DNA of 64,000 nt from an uncultured bacterium (GTDB lineage: Bacteria; Zixibacteria; MSB-5A5; UBA10806), in assembly GCA_965541585.1 (NCBI GenBank), contig CBEUCH010000008.1, positions 64,001 to 128,000 of the forward strand, in the 5' to 3' direction. Every line of letters begins with the position of its first letter. Positions within the stretch are counted from its first letter, which is position 1. The notes under the pieces are model-generated. The model was not told the DNA's origin. It made no database searches and saw nothing but the letters and a program-made list of their open reading frames with translations. Position numbers and translations under genes: made by a program. Of this stretch, positions 33,602-44,700 are shown piece after piece.

Positions 33602-35179
33602 ATGAGATTTCTTATTTCAGCCGGCATTTTCTTATTTTTGGTGAGAGTTGTTTTCGCCCAAGTCCCCTATGACAACATCCCCGGCTGGTTTTCTGCAGAG
33701 GATAATTTGTATGGAACCGGCGCCGCAATTGACGATATAAACGGCGATGGTTACCCGGATCTGGCCATCTCCAACGGCAACGATATAATTCAGGCGCCAA
33801 ACGTCGCCTATATTAATTCGGGTGGATTCCTGCCCCAGACGGCAACCTGGGTTTCGGAGAATATCGCATATTCTGGACATTGTGAATTGGGGGATTACGA
33901 TTCCGATGGATTCCCTGAATTGGCGGTATCGACCTATATCTCGCCCGGCTGGGGTGCAGCGCAGGTACATATCTACGACAATATCGATGGTGTTCTGGAG
34001 AATTCGCCGTCGTGGATATCAACGGATATGGTGCATTCCTTCAGGCTGGCCTGGGGCGATGCAGACGGCGACGGGGACCTCGATCTGGCCGTGGCGACCG
34101 GCGAAGCGTACAACTTTTATTATGAGTCAAACCTCGTTTTCTTCAATAACGATGGTGTTCTCGAGACCGAAGCCGGATGGTCATCTGCGAATCTCGACGC
34201 CTGCTATGATGTCCGCTGGGTGGATATCGAACTGGACGGTGATCTCGATCTGGTTTTCTGCGAATCCGGTGGTCCGCTCAAGATCTATTTCAATCATGGC
34301 GATTATATTGCGACCGATCCCGGGTGGCTGAGCGAGGGCGACGATAATTACAACTCTCTCGATATTGCCGATATCAACGGTGATGGCTATCCTGATCTGG
34401 CTACGGCGGCAAATACGCAGTCGGGCGGGTCCGGGCGATTCAAAATCTTTCTCAACGTCGATGGCACGCTTGAGACAACCCCTTTCTGGACATCCTTCAG
34501 TACCGGGTACGGTTCCGAAACGGCATTTTCGGACGTGGACAGCGATGGCGATTACGATTTGATCTGTGGCCGCTGGTGGGGTCTGGTCTACGTTTATCTG
34601 AATAACGACGGTAGTTTCAATCGGAATCCGGATTGGAACAGCTCCGGCTCTTATAGTAGCGTTATCGAAAATATAGTATTTGGCGATTTTAACAAGGGCG
34701 CGGAGAGAAGCCGTCGTGAAGTATTCTTAGATCCAGTCAATAGTCTTGTCATGCTCCCGTACCGTCAGTTGGCGGCGGTCGACAGTGTCAGGATGGATGG
34801 GGTGATCCTCGAACCCGGAGAATACTGCATAAACCTCTGGGACGGGTGGGTCTCCCTCGGACTCCCGGTCCTGGACTCAGTGGAAGTTTTCTATCGCCAT
34901 TCGATTTCAAAGGACATGGCTGTTTCAAACTGGGACAGAGAAACCTATATATTTCACAATACGAATCCGGGCTTTATACCAGGGGACGCTAACGATTCCG
35001 GCGACCTGGATGGTCTGGATCTGGTGTTCCTGGTGAACTATCTGAAGGGGGAGCAAGCCCCTGAGCCGCTGCTGGCGGCGGACGTAAATGGTGATTGCAC
35101 TGTCAATATCGCAGATATGGTCTATTTGCTGGATTATTTTAAGGGGGGGGCCGCCCCTCTGGCCGGTGATTGCGACTGA
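33602..35179 (+). CDS. FG-GAP/VCBS repeat protein with C-terminal dockerin-like domain
   Basis: Signal peptide; seven DxxxDGxxDL-type repeats; GDANDSG..DGLD and ADVNGDC..NIAD dockerin repeats. Confidence 0.85.
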   Translation: MRFLISAGIFLFLVRVVFAQVPYDNIPGWFSAEDNLYGTGAAIDDINGDGYPDLAISNGNDIIQAPNVAYINSGGFLPQTATWVSENIAYSGHCELGDYDSDGFPELAVSTYISPGWGAAQVHIYDNIDGVLENSPSWISTDMVHSFRLAWGDADGDGDLDLAVATGEAYNFYYESNLVFFNNDGVLETEAGWSSANLDACYDVRWVDIELDGDLDLVFCESGGPLKIYFNHGDYIATDPGWLSEGDDNYNSLDIADINGDGYPDLATAANTQSGGSGRFKIFLNVDGTLETTPFWTSFSTGYGSETAFSDVDSDGDYDLICGRWWGLVYVYLNNDGSFNRNPDWNSSGSYSSVIENIVFGDFNKGAERSRREVFLDPVNSLVMLPYRQLAAVDSVRMDGVILEPGEYCINLWDGWVSLGLPVLDSVEVFYRHSISKDMAVSNWDRETYIFHNTNPGFIPGDANDSGDLDGLDLVFLVNYLKGEQAPEPLLAADVNGDCTVNIADMVYLLDYFKGGAAPLAGDCD

Positions 35180-35326
35180 GAGAATAAAATAAATATTGGT
35201 TTCGTTCTTTTCGCCGGGGGAACATATCCGTAGATGGTTTGCTATAAACTTCAGGGTAGGGGTAATGGCGATTATTCAGTTGAGTTTTTACGACTTCCCT
35301 GCGGTTCCGGTTGGGAGCGGGAAGAC

Positions 35327-35355
35327 TTGACGCAGGTTATCAGATATTCTATAAT
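35327..35355 (+). promoter_or_regulatory. Sigma70 promoter
   Basis: TTGACG-N17-TATAAT upstream of 35420. Confidence 0.7.
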
Positions 35356-35419
35356 CTGTCGCCGGGAACGCCGCCGTGGGGTGGAGAAGATAGGAATATT
35401 CTGATTTAGAGGCGGAGAA

Positions 35420-35968
35420 TTGACTAAGGGACTTGTTTATACGATCGTTTTCTTTCTGGCGGGACCTGCTCTGGCGCAAGACAGGAGTGAAACGGTTAAA
35501 GAAAATGTATGCTATACCGAGAGCATCAGCGCCGCGAGGGGTACCTCCTTCGCCGTAAGAGTATATGTTAACAACGTGGATACCCTGGCGGGCTTGCAGG
35601 TGCCGATCTATTATCGTTCCGACGATGTGAATTTGCTTAGCGATTCGGTAACCTTCGATGAGTCCCGTTGCCATGGCTTTTCAATGAGTTTTTTCAAGAT
35701 CGATCCCCACGAGAAAGTGGTATTTTTCTCATTATTGAACATCGGCGATCCCGAAAAGGGTGCGCCTGTATTGTATCCCGGAGACGGTCTGGTAGCGAAG
35801 CTGTGGTTCACTGCTCCCGGGGACAGCGGTTCGGGCGATGTGATATTGGAAAGCGGCCCCCATGCCTTTCTCCCGGATGATCGAATCAACTACGGATATC
35901 TTTTCTGGACACCAGCCGCGATGCAGGTGAAATGCAATTATTCACCGGGAAATATTACTTTGAAATAG
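35420..35968 (+). CDS. Secreted cohesin-like single-domain protein (paralog 1)
   Basis: Signal peptide; VxVYVNNxDxLAGLQVP...DSVTF...G.G.VAKLWF...PG.IT pattern. Confidence 0.65.
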   Translation: MTKGLVYTIVFFLAGPALAQDRSETVKENVCYTESISAARGTSFAVRVYVNNVDTLAGLQVPIYYRSDDVNLLSDSVTFDESRCHGFSMSFFKIDPHEKVVFFSLLNIGDPEKGAPVLYPGDGLVAKLWFTAPGDSGSGDVILESGPHAFLPDDRINYGYLFWTPAAMQVKCNYSPGNITLK

Positions 35969-36086
35969 AGATTGGGTAGGTTATAATCGAATGTTCGCTG
36001 TAACGCTCTAATTGCATGTAATGAGCGTCGGCGGCGTTGTTTCCGGGCGAGATTTGAAAGATAGCGGTCTTGTTAAAGGAGGAAGG

Positions 36087-36644
36087 TTGAAAAAAACGCT
36101 TGTTTTAGCTCTTGTGATATCTCTGCCGGGCTTTTCCCTGGCGCAAGAGGGGCAAAAAGAGCAAAAGGAGATCAAGGGGAATATCTGCTATACTGAAAGC
36201 GTGGAGGTTGAAAAAGGTACATCGTTCCCCGTTAAGGTATTTCTGACTAATGTGGATGATCTGGCGGCATTCTCGGTGCCTATCTATTACAGATCCGATA
36301 CGGTGAATCTGCAATGCGACTCGGTTACGTTCCACGGATCCCGGGCAGAACATTTTTCAATGAGTTTTTTCAAGATCGAACCGGTCGGTAAAACCGTATT
36401 CTTTGCTTTCATATGGGTCACCGATCCCCAACAAGAGGTCCCTCCGCTCGGACCGGGCGAGGGAAAGGTGGCCGATCTCTGGTTCACGGCCCCCAAGGAT
36501 ATCGAGGCCGGCAAAGTCGAACTGGATAGCGGACCCAACGCTTTTTTCCCGCATGAATTTGCTGACTGGAGCTACACGTTCTCGACTCAGCTTGCGGAAG
36601 AGATAGATGTAGAATACATACCGGGATATGTAACCGTGAAATAG
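36087..36644 (+). CDS. Secreted cohesin-like single-domain protein (paralog 2)
   Basis: Clear paralog of 35420 (CYTES, VPIYYRSD, FSMSFFKI, LWFTAP, SGP shared); AGGAGG SD before TTG. Confidence 0.65.
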   Translation: MKKTLVLALVISLPGFSLAQEGQKEQKEIKGNICYTESVEVEKGTSFPVKVFLTNVDDLAAFSVPIYYRSDTVNLQCDSVTFHGSRAEHFSMSFFKIEPVGKTVFFAFIWVTDPQQEVPPLGPGEGKVADLWFTAPKDIEAGKVELDSGPNAFFPHEFADWSYTFSTQLAEEIDVEYIPGYVTVK

Positions 36645-36700
36645 CAGGGGCGAAAATCCTCGATCCCGGCGGATTTTCTGTAAGCTCTCTTTCGTTTAAT

Positions 36701-36730
36701 GATCGGCCTTTCCAGGCCGATCTTTTTTTT
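36701..36730 (+). terminator. Intrinsic terminator
   Basis: GATCGGCCT-TTCC-AGGCCGATC followed by a T run. Confidence 0.85.
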
Positions 36731-36855
36731 CTCTACGGTAAAGCAGCATAATTTTCGCCTGCCACCGTTATGATTACCGCAGAACGTCCGAGCATACTTC
36801 TTGAGTGTCTTGATATATACAGCGGAAAGGCCAAAATGCGCGCCGAATTATTCGG

Positions 36856-37575
36856 CTAAGATGTTACCATTATGGCGGTGAGAATCATGGAGTCCTGAAG
36901 GAAATGGGCGATTATGCATGGGAAGATGCTTTTCCTGGCAATGAATAGCCCTGAGAAGAGCATTCCATATATGAAGGTAAGGAGCACTCCTCCAGAACCT
37001 TGATAGAGGTGCCCTAATGCGAAGGCAGCCGAGCCCAGCAAAGCCCCGGTCCAGTATGATCCCGAAAGAACTTTAAGACGGGTTATTAAATATCCTCTGA
37101 AAGCCATCTCCTCGGACAGGGCTGCTCCGGCGGAAAGCAAAATCCAGATCGCCCCCTCGGTTATAGTGGATGGAAGAAGGTGAAGGAATTCCTTTTCCGG
37201 TAAATATCCCGATCTGGCCATGGAGATTTTTATGATGATTATCAATGACCAGGCGCCTGCAAAGAAGATCAGGCCCGCTATGGTATTCGACCAACTGATG
37301 TCCTTGCGACTGAGACCGATACTGTGAAATCGGTCACCGCTGCGTCTCAGGACCGCCCATACTGCGACGAACACGATTCCCTGCATGAATAATACCGGCA
37401 GATATACCTGTTCTATTTTCGATGTTATCGCCTCGGGAGAAGTCGAACCCGTGATGTTGAGAAAAATACTGAGAGCGGGATACCCCAGGAGCAGAATCAG
37501 CAGAAAATAAAGCTGAACGGGTGGTAAGGAGTGTTTTCCCGTCGCGCCGGGGAATCCCGGTTTATAACTCTCCAT
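36856..37575 (-). CDS. CPBP (Abi/CAAX) family intramembrane protease
   Basis: EEMAFRG, FALGHLYQG, IIAHFLQD motifs. Confidence 0.9.
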   Translation of the reverse strand: MESYKPGFPGATGKHSLPPVQLYFLLILLLGYPALSIFLNITGSTSPEAITSKIEQVYLPVLFMQGIVFVAVWAVLRRSGDRFHSIGLSRKDISWSNTIAGLIFFAGAWSLIIIIKISMARSGYLPEKEFLHLLPSTITEGAIWILLSAGAALSEEMAFRGYLITRLKVLSGSYWTGALLGSAAFALGHLYQGSGGVLLTFIYGMLFSGLFIARKSIFPCIIAHFLQDSMILTAIMVTS

Positions 37576-37641
37576 GTTATCGAATATAAAGCCCGGAAGC
37601 CTTTTTCAAAGGGAAATCATTTATTCCCGTATGGGGAAGTA

Positions 37642-39660
37642 TCAGTTCTCGACGCCCATGGCACTCAAGACCTTTTGCCATTCCGGATCGTTCTTGAATT
37701 CGAGGCGAACCGAGTAACTGGCCAGCTCTTCGAATCTCTCGTGGGATTTTTTCATGTTCTTGTGGTCATTCAGGGCGAGATAAGTCTCTGCCAGATAAAC
37801 ATGTGCTTTGGGGTCTGCGAAATTGAGTTCCTCTGCCCCTTTGAAAGCCGCCAGGGCATCTTTGTAAGCTCCGGAGCGATAATATGAATTGCCGAGTTTG
37901 TAATAGGCTCCGAGATTTCTGTGATCTAACCGGATTACCTTTTCATAATCCCGGGCCGCGAGGTCATAATCTTCCCGGGAAAAAAAAAGATCTCCGCGGC
38001 TGTAATAGGCTGTAAAGGTATTGGGCCGGACGTCTATCACGCCGGTTAAGGCTTCTATTTGAGTAGCGACGTTGCCTTTATTGCCGGCGATCCTGGCAAC
38101 CTGCATGAAATAGCTGGTGGACTGATCCATTTGCCCTTGTCCCTTGAAGCATCGGGCCTTGCCGATCAAGGCGGCCAGATCCTGAGGTTTCTTCTGCAGA
38201 ACCTTATCATAGTATCTCAGGGCCTCATGATAATTGCCCGCTATCTCGTTTTCATAGGCTAACTCGCCATTCGATTTCTTTTTTTTCGACGACTTCCCTT
38301 TGACAAGAGTGAATTTATAAGATAGATTCTTACCGGATTTTACAGTTATCTTCCGCGACTTTGTCTTGTATCCCTTCTTCTTGACCGCCAGTATATATCG
38401 TCCCGGTTTGACCTTATATAAATTGGATCCTACTCCCAGAGGTTTATCATCGAGATAAGCTCCTGCGCTCTTTGGACTGAGCGTCAATTTAAGCGAGCCG
38501 CGTTCCGTTTTTGATTCTGATTTGGCAAGCGCCGGCTCTTCTTTTCTGGAGGTCGTCGGTTTAGCCGGGATTGATGTTATCGGTTGACCTTGAAGCAGCG
38601 TTACGGTGGTTATATCGTTCTCGAGAACGGCGACCCGCTCCTCGGCGATCGGTGAGCCGTCTCTTTGATATTGAATCGTATACAGTCCTGACGGTAAATC
38701 ATCGAAAATAAAAAATCCGGCCTGATTGGTCCGAACCGTCCAGTTGAGCTCGACGATGGTAATGCTTTGCTTCGAAAGAGGGTTTCCGCCGGCGTCAAAG
38801 GCCATACCAACGATCTGTCCGTTTTGCCCGCCGGAAAACCCGGATACAAGAACCAATAGCGCAATAATGAGGGCGGCTCCGCCGGCAATCGCCCCCATAA
38901 GCCATCTGTTGTTTTTCGGCTTAATCCGCACCTCATAGAGCTGATCGCCTATTTGTACCTCATCGCCGGGGAAAACTCTCGCGCCGCCGGTCAATGTCAG
39001 GGTTTCGCCCGATAGAAGTACTACGCCTTTGGAGCGGGCCACGCGTGGGAGATCCGGGGGAGGAGGCTCCTGCTCCGGGGTTTCATCCGGTTTTTTTGCC
39101 GCTCCGGGCGCGAATTTGTCTTTTAAGTTTTGCAGCCTTATTCTCTGGGTGGCCGTCACATCCTGGCCGTCCGGTGAGCCTTCGCTCAGGTTATCCTGCT
39201 TCTCCTCTTCACCCTTCTCGACGGCGGGTTCGTGATCCTCCACGGATTGAATTCCTTCGCCCACTATGCCGCTAAGTGTTTGAAGAGTTACGGTGGGCTC
39301 CGATTCCACCTCTGATAAGGCGAGCTTTATCTCATCGCCTCTAAATGCTGTCGGATCTTCCTCCACAGGCTCCGGTTTGATCGCGTTATCGGGACCGCTT
39401 CCCGGAGCAGCATCGTTGCCATAGGTGCCATCGCCCATGATAAAGTCTATGGGATCGGCCATATCAATCCGATCGTCCTCGTTATCGGTAGGCGGCGTTT
39501 CCTCTTCCGGCTGCTCTTTTAAGAAGAAGTCAGTGGGATCATCGGTGCCGGAATGTTCTTTTGAAGCGGCTCCCGCTTTGGGCTGTAGAGGATGATGACA
39601 GTTTTTGCAGAAAGCTGCACCCTCGAATTGGTTTTCCGTACCACATTTCTCGCAATACAT
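37642..39660 (-). CDS. Zinc-ribbon / acidic linker / TM / carboxypeptidase-regulatory-like / PEGA / TPR protein
   Basis: CEKCG...CKNC, single TM, TNQAGFF..LPSG.Y, PEGA-like KKKGYK, several TPR repeats. Confidence 0.8.
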   Translation of the reverse strand: MYCEKCGTENQFEGAAFCKNCHHPLQPKAGAASKEHSGTDDPTDFFLKEQPEEETPPTDNEDDRIDMADPIDFIMGDGTYGNDAAPGSGPDNAIKPEPVEEDPTAFRGDEIKLALSEVESEPTVTLQTLSGIVGEGIQSVEDHEPAVEKGEEEKQDNLSEGSPDGQDVTATQRIRLQNLKDKFAPGAAKKPDETPEQEPPPPDLPRVARSKGVVLLSGETLTLTGGARVFPGDEVQIGDQLYEVRIKPKNNRWLMGAIAGGAALIIALLVLVSGFSGGQNGQIVGMAFDAGGNPLSKQSITIVELNWTVRTNQAGFFIFDDLPSGLYTIQYQRDGSPIAEERVAVLENDITTVTLLQGQPITSIPAKPTTSRKEEPALAKSESKTERGSLKLTLSPKSAGAYLDDKPLGVGSNLYKVKPGRYILAVKKKGYKTKSRKITVKSGKNLSYKFTLVKGKSSKKKKSNGELAYENEIAGNYHEALRYYDKVLQKKPQDLAALIGKARCFKGQGQMDQSTSYFMQVARIAGNKGNVATQIEALTGVIDVRPNTFTAYYSRGDLFFSREDYDLAARDYEKVIRLDHRNLGAYYKLGNSYYRSGAYKDALAAFKGAEELNFADPKAHVYLAETYLALNDHKNMKKSHERFEELASYSVRLEFKNDPEWQKVLSAMGVEN

Positions 39661-39693
39661 CTAATCCCTCCGGTTGAGGTTATCTCTTTGGAA

Positions 39694-39720
39694 TTATCGG
39701 TAGATTTGCGGCTATATTGA
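39694..39720 (-). promoter_or_regulatory. Sigma28 (FliA/WhiG)-like promoter
   Basis: Minus strand TCAA-N15-ACCGATAA versus consensus TAAA-N15-GCCGATAA, 33 nt upstream of the start. Confidence 0.45.
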
Positions 39721-39968
39721 ACGCCAATAAATATTGTATTTTCACTAATTTACAGGATCTTGAATGGGGAGGTGTGTACTATTAATTGAGCGTTGATAAT
39801 AGAGCCCTTCCAGGATTAGAGTTGATTTATGCTGATTTCGATTCTGGGGAAAAGATATCGGCAGGATATGGTGAATAATGGAGAATTGGTGGATTTTATG
39901 ATCCTTTTTTTAGCGATGATAATTGAGTTGATTTTGACTGAAATTATGGTATATTTCGACGGTCAGGC

Positions 39969-41507
39969 ATGAAGCTACTCTTTTTACATTTTGCGGTTTT
40001 TTTGCTGGCTTTTTGCACCGATAGGCTGGCGTTTATTCCTCCGCCGAGTTCGGGGGAGTGCACCATCGGCGTATTTTCCGGCGATGCGACGGTCGATGGC
40101 CGGCCGATGCTGTGGAAGAATCGCGATGTGAGTGATGCCGTGCAAAAATTCTGCTACTTCGAGCCTTCACGGGATACCGATCGACCGGCTTACGGTTTTT
40201 TGGGAAATGTATATTCCGCCGACACAAACCGGGTATATATGGGTGTAAATGAGGTCGGGTTTGCCATAATTAACTCCAACAGCTATAATCTCGGAGATAG
40301 CCTTGCGGATGGCGTCGATGACGGTGATTTGATGAGGATGGCGCTGGAGAGGTGTCGGACGCTGGAGGATTTCGAGGCTCTACTCGACCTGACCGCGGAG
40401 AAGGGACGAAAGGACGGCTGGAATTTCGGCGTATTCGATGCCGGGGGCCACGCCGCTCTTTACGAATGCTCGAATTTCGGGTATGTGAAATTCGATACTG
40501 ACAACGCCGGGCATGCTGCGGATGGCATCATACTGCGCGCCACTTTCAGCCTCTCGGGCGGCCCGCGCAGAACAGGCATCGAGCGATATAAGAGGGCCAA
40601 CCACCTTGTTTATGAAAGAGCCAATGAGAGTCCGCTAGATGCCCTGTTCATCCTGCAGGTTTTATCCAGAGATCTGGCTAACCCGATAGCGGACCCCTAT
40701 CCTTTGCCATATAATGGCGTCCAGAATGGCAGGCCCGAAGGATATATTTTGTCCCAGGCGGTTACAATCAATCGCGTCATCTCCAGGTCCTGTATGGTTA
40801 TAAGGGGAACGAAGCCAGGCGAGGATCCCTCGTTAGCGACATCTTTCTGCACCATCGGACCTCCGGTGATTTCTGTTGCCTATCCGCTCTGGGTAAGAGC
40901 CAGGCAGGTTCCGGAGCCTCTCAATCTGGGTCTCGAGGTGCCCATGTATGGTCTGACAAACAGGCACCGAGCTTATCTCTATCCCTCCCCCAAATCAAGC
41001 TTTTATATTGATAGCCGGTATCTGGTGAATCTCAATGGCGGACTCTACTCGTATACGTTGCCTCTCGAAAAACAGGCACTGGAGATGGCTGACGAATATG
41101 TTGAGGATTGGAACAATGACTTGCCTTCTCCGCAGGAGATCGCCGAGGTTCAGGAGATTATAGCGCGAAACTTATATGACTCTTACTTGGAAATCCCGTT
41201 CGATTCCAACGATCCCTCCCCGGCCGGGATTGAAGCGCAACCTGAAATTGCCAGTTTCCCGAATCCATTCAATGCTCAAACTACAATACATCTGAACGGA
41301 TTCGATGCTGATGAACCAGTTAGTATTGGTATTTATGATTTGCTGGGCCGCGAAGTCAGATCCCTGGACGCGCCCGGTGGCGGGAACCGATTCGCTCTCT
41401 GGGACGGCAGAGACAATTATGGTCAGCCTGTGGCCTCCGGTGTTTATCTGATAAGAGCGGAGAATTCAAGATATTCCGCATCAACGAAATCGCTCTTGAT
41501 GAAATAG
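39969..41507 (+). CDS. Ntn-hydrolase (peptidase C45-like) with C-terminal sorting-like domain
   Basis: E|CTIG nucleophile Cys, DGRPMLWKNRD, MGVNEVG; PNPFN...ASGVY tail. Confidence 0.8.
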   Translation: MKLLFLHFAVFLLAFCTDRLAFIPPPSSGECTIGVFSGDATVDGRPMLWKNRDVSDAVQKFCYFEPSRDTDRPAYGFLGNVYSADTNRVYMGVNEVGFAIINSNSYNLGDSLADGVDDGDLMRMALERCRTLEDFEALLDLTAEKGRKDGWNFGVFDAGGHAALYECSNFGYVKFDTDNAGHAADGIILRATFSLSGGPRRTGIERYKRANHLVYERANESPLDALFILQVLSRDLANPIADPYPLPYNGVQNGRPEGYILSQAVTINRVISRSCMVIRGTKPGEDPSLATSFCTIGPPVISVAYPLWVRARQVPEPLNLGLEVPMYGLTNRHRAYLYPSPKSSFYIDSRYLVNLNGGLYSYTLPLEKQALEMADEYVEDWNNDLPSPQEIAEVQEIIARNLYDSYLEIPFDSNDPSPAGIEAQPEIASFPNPFNAQTTIHLNGFDADEPVSIGIYDLLGREVRSLDAPGGGNRFALWDGRDNYGQPVASGVYLIRAENSRYSASTKSLLMK

Positions 41508-41748
41508 AATTTCTACTGTATGAAGATAGAATGGTTGGCCGATTCAGAGGAACAAATTTTGACAGCTATGATGTTGTATGGACAGACAATTCTATTTTAG
41601 GTGCCGGTGACGAGTCCATCGAGGTTCGTTCTTCCCTTCGGGCTAAGCTGGTAAACTGATCGAGAGAATAGGTTTTTGTAAGAATGGGAGAGAGCTACTG
41701 AGTTTGAATTATTTGATTTTAACCAATTACTTTAAGAGGAGAAGCCTA

Positions 41749-44700
41749 ATGAAACGGTCGTTATTATTCTGGTTTGTAGTTTGTAACTTCATGTGTCTTT
41801 TTGGATTGGCTGTATTCGGAAATGCATCGAATGCTTTATTTGAAGAACTGAAGGCCGATTATCCCGGGGTAAGAGCTTATGAAGAGGGCGGTCGTATTGC
41901 CCGCATTTACGGCCGGGCATTTGGTTTCGGCTCCAGCCCCGTGGATGCCGCCCTGCAGTTTAAAGACAATTACGCCGGTCTTTTCAATGTCGTACCGGAT
42001 GAGTTGTCTCCCGTCAGCATTCTCTTCGATGGGCGACATACCCAACCGGTAATGTTCGATAGAGACACTGGCGAGTATAAATTTACTCTCGTCTATTATT
42101 CACAGCATAAGGACGGGATTCCGGTATTCAGATCGGATCTGCGGCTTCTTGTCCGCAACGAACCTGGCTATCCGTTAGTTATGGCGGCTTCCGCCCTCCG
42201 TGACCTGACGGATTTCGATGAACCGATCGGCATGATGGTGAATCCCGCTCTGGCCGAGAGCGCCGCCAAATCTTTTTCACCGGGTCTGATCAATTTCAGC
42301 GAACCCCGGTTGACAATCTGGGCGGGGATCAACGATATGGAAGTCGAGCCAACTGTCACCATGGAGATCACCGCGGACAATGGCATGGAGGCTACTTTAG
42401 ATTATGAGAGATGGCTGTTTTTGGTCGATGCCCGGACCGGTGAGATTTTATATTCTGAAGATCTTATCCTCGATGTGGATGTTACCGGCAACGTCAGCGG
42501 TATGGCTACCCAGGGAGACGCAGCTGATTTCTGCGGGCCGGAGGAGCCGACCCCTCTACCGTATGCGCGGGTCTATATCGAGGGGGGAAACACGGTTATG
42601 GCCGATGAAAACGGCGATTTCGTTATTCCCAACGACGGCGATACGGAGGTCACCGTAATATCCAATATCAGAGGACAATGGTTCCGGGTTTTCAACTCGA
42701 GCGGCGGCAATGCCCAGCTTTCGGAGGCGGTGATTCCACCGGGGCCGGCCAATTTTCTCCATAATGCCGAGAACACCAGCGAATATAACCGGGCCGAGGT
42801 GAACGGTTACGTCGAGTCTAATATAGTTCGTGACTTTACATTGACATATAACCCGCAATTTCCCGTGATCTGGAACCAGAACGAATTCCGTGTCAATGTT
42901 AATATCAGCGATAATTGCAACGCCTACTACGATGGATATTCGATAAATTTCTTCACCGCCGGTGGTGGATGTTCCAACACCGCTTTTTCGACCGTTGTGC
43001 ATCATGAGTACGGCCACCACCTGGTTAATGTCGGTGGAAGCGGACAGGGGCAGTATGGCGAGGGTATGGGAGACGTGATGGGAGTTTTGATCACCGATGA
43101 TTCTCACCTGGCCTGGGGATTCTTTGGTAATTGCAACGGATTTATGAGGAATGCCGACAACAATTTCCAGTATCCCTGCTCGGGCGAGATCCATTACTGC
43201 GGGCGATTGATCTCCGGATGCGTCTGGAGCACACGTAATGAACTGGCGATCACTAATCCCGACGATTACATTGATATTCTCTCCAACCTGGCCGTAAACT
43301 CTATTCTGATGCACCAGGGGAATATGATCACTCCCTCTATCACACTCGATTACCTGACGCTTGACGATGACGATGGCAATATCTGGAACGGTACGCCACA
43401 TGGGATGGAGATAATCACCGGGTTCGCCTATGAGCACAATATGGATCCGGGACTTAGCGTTCAGATCGAGCATACGCCTCTTATTGATACCGAAGATTCT
43501 AACGCCATTCTCGGCGTTTATGCTGACGTTACCAGCTTCTTTTCAATGGAGGAAGGCTCTGTCACAACGTATTACACCTTTGACGGTGATTTTGAAGAGA
43601 TAGAGATGGTCAATACATCCGGCGATACCTGGTATGGAGAGATACCTACTCCACCGTACGAAACGACTGTAAGCTACTACATCGAGGGCATCGACGAGAC
43701 TGGACAATCCGCCACCGTCCCGGAGAATGCCCCGGATGACCTTTATAGCTTTTATGTGGGCACTGATGTCATTCCCCCAACCATGACGCTTGTCGAGGGG
43801 CCGCCGAATACGGTCGATCTGTTTGGCCCTTATGGGCCGTTCGTCATCACGGCCTGGGATGTCCACGGCGTCAATCAATCCGAAGTCATCATGCATTACC
43901 GCGTGAATGACGAGACCGATAGTGAAATTGCCCTCAATCCCACCGGTAGCGAGGACGAGTTTGGCCTCGATTTGCTTGACCTGGAGCGCCAGCTGAATAG
44001 CGGCGATATCGTACATTACTATTTCACTGCCCTCGACGAGGCTAATGATCCCAATACAGGCAGGCTCCCCGAATCGGGAACCTTCGAGCTCTTGATGGCT
44101 AACGCCGAGACATTTGAGGATTTTGAGGAATTCGGAATTGGCCGCTGGATCACGGAAGGTGCCTGGGCATTGTTCAATCAGGGACATAACAGCAGCAGTT
44201 CTATGATCTTCGGGCCGAACTACCCGGATAATGCCGACGATATGGCCTACATGGATTTCGGATATGATCTCTCGGCCTACGGCGAGGCCCGGATCGCCCT
44301 CTACGCCAAGTATGCCATCCTGGATGGAGATATATGCTTCGTGTTGATTTCTGCAGATGGCGGACAAACCTGGACGACGGTCGGTTCGATTACCGGCGTT
44401 TCCGGAAGTTCTTTTGAGTATGCTGAATTCGATATCTCGTCGGCTCTGAGCCCTGACGATCACGACTATAGAGTAGGTTTCCGGTTCGTTTCGGACGAGA
44501 GCGGACATACCATTGGTGTGTTGCTTGATGATATCGGCTGGGCTATCGGCCCCATGACCGGTGTTGATGATTATGCGGTTGAGTTGCCAATTGAGATTTC
44601 ACTGAACCAGAACTATCCGAATCCTTTCAATCCGCAGACCAATATCTCCTTCGCTCTGCCGCATGAATCGCATGTCAGTCTGGACGTATTCGATCTTCTG

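Noticed and set aside
42556..44508. Long minus-strand ORFs (305 and 321 aa) and similar antisense ORFs elsewhere (e.g. 11665-12342, 45650-46384, 62025-62666)
   Set aside because: Shadow frames of well-supported genes on the opposite strand, with no motifs of their own.
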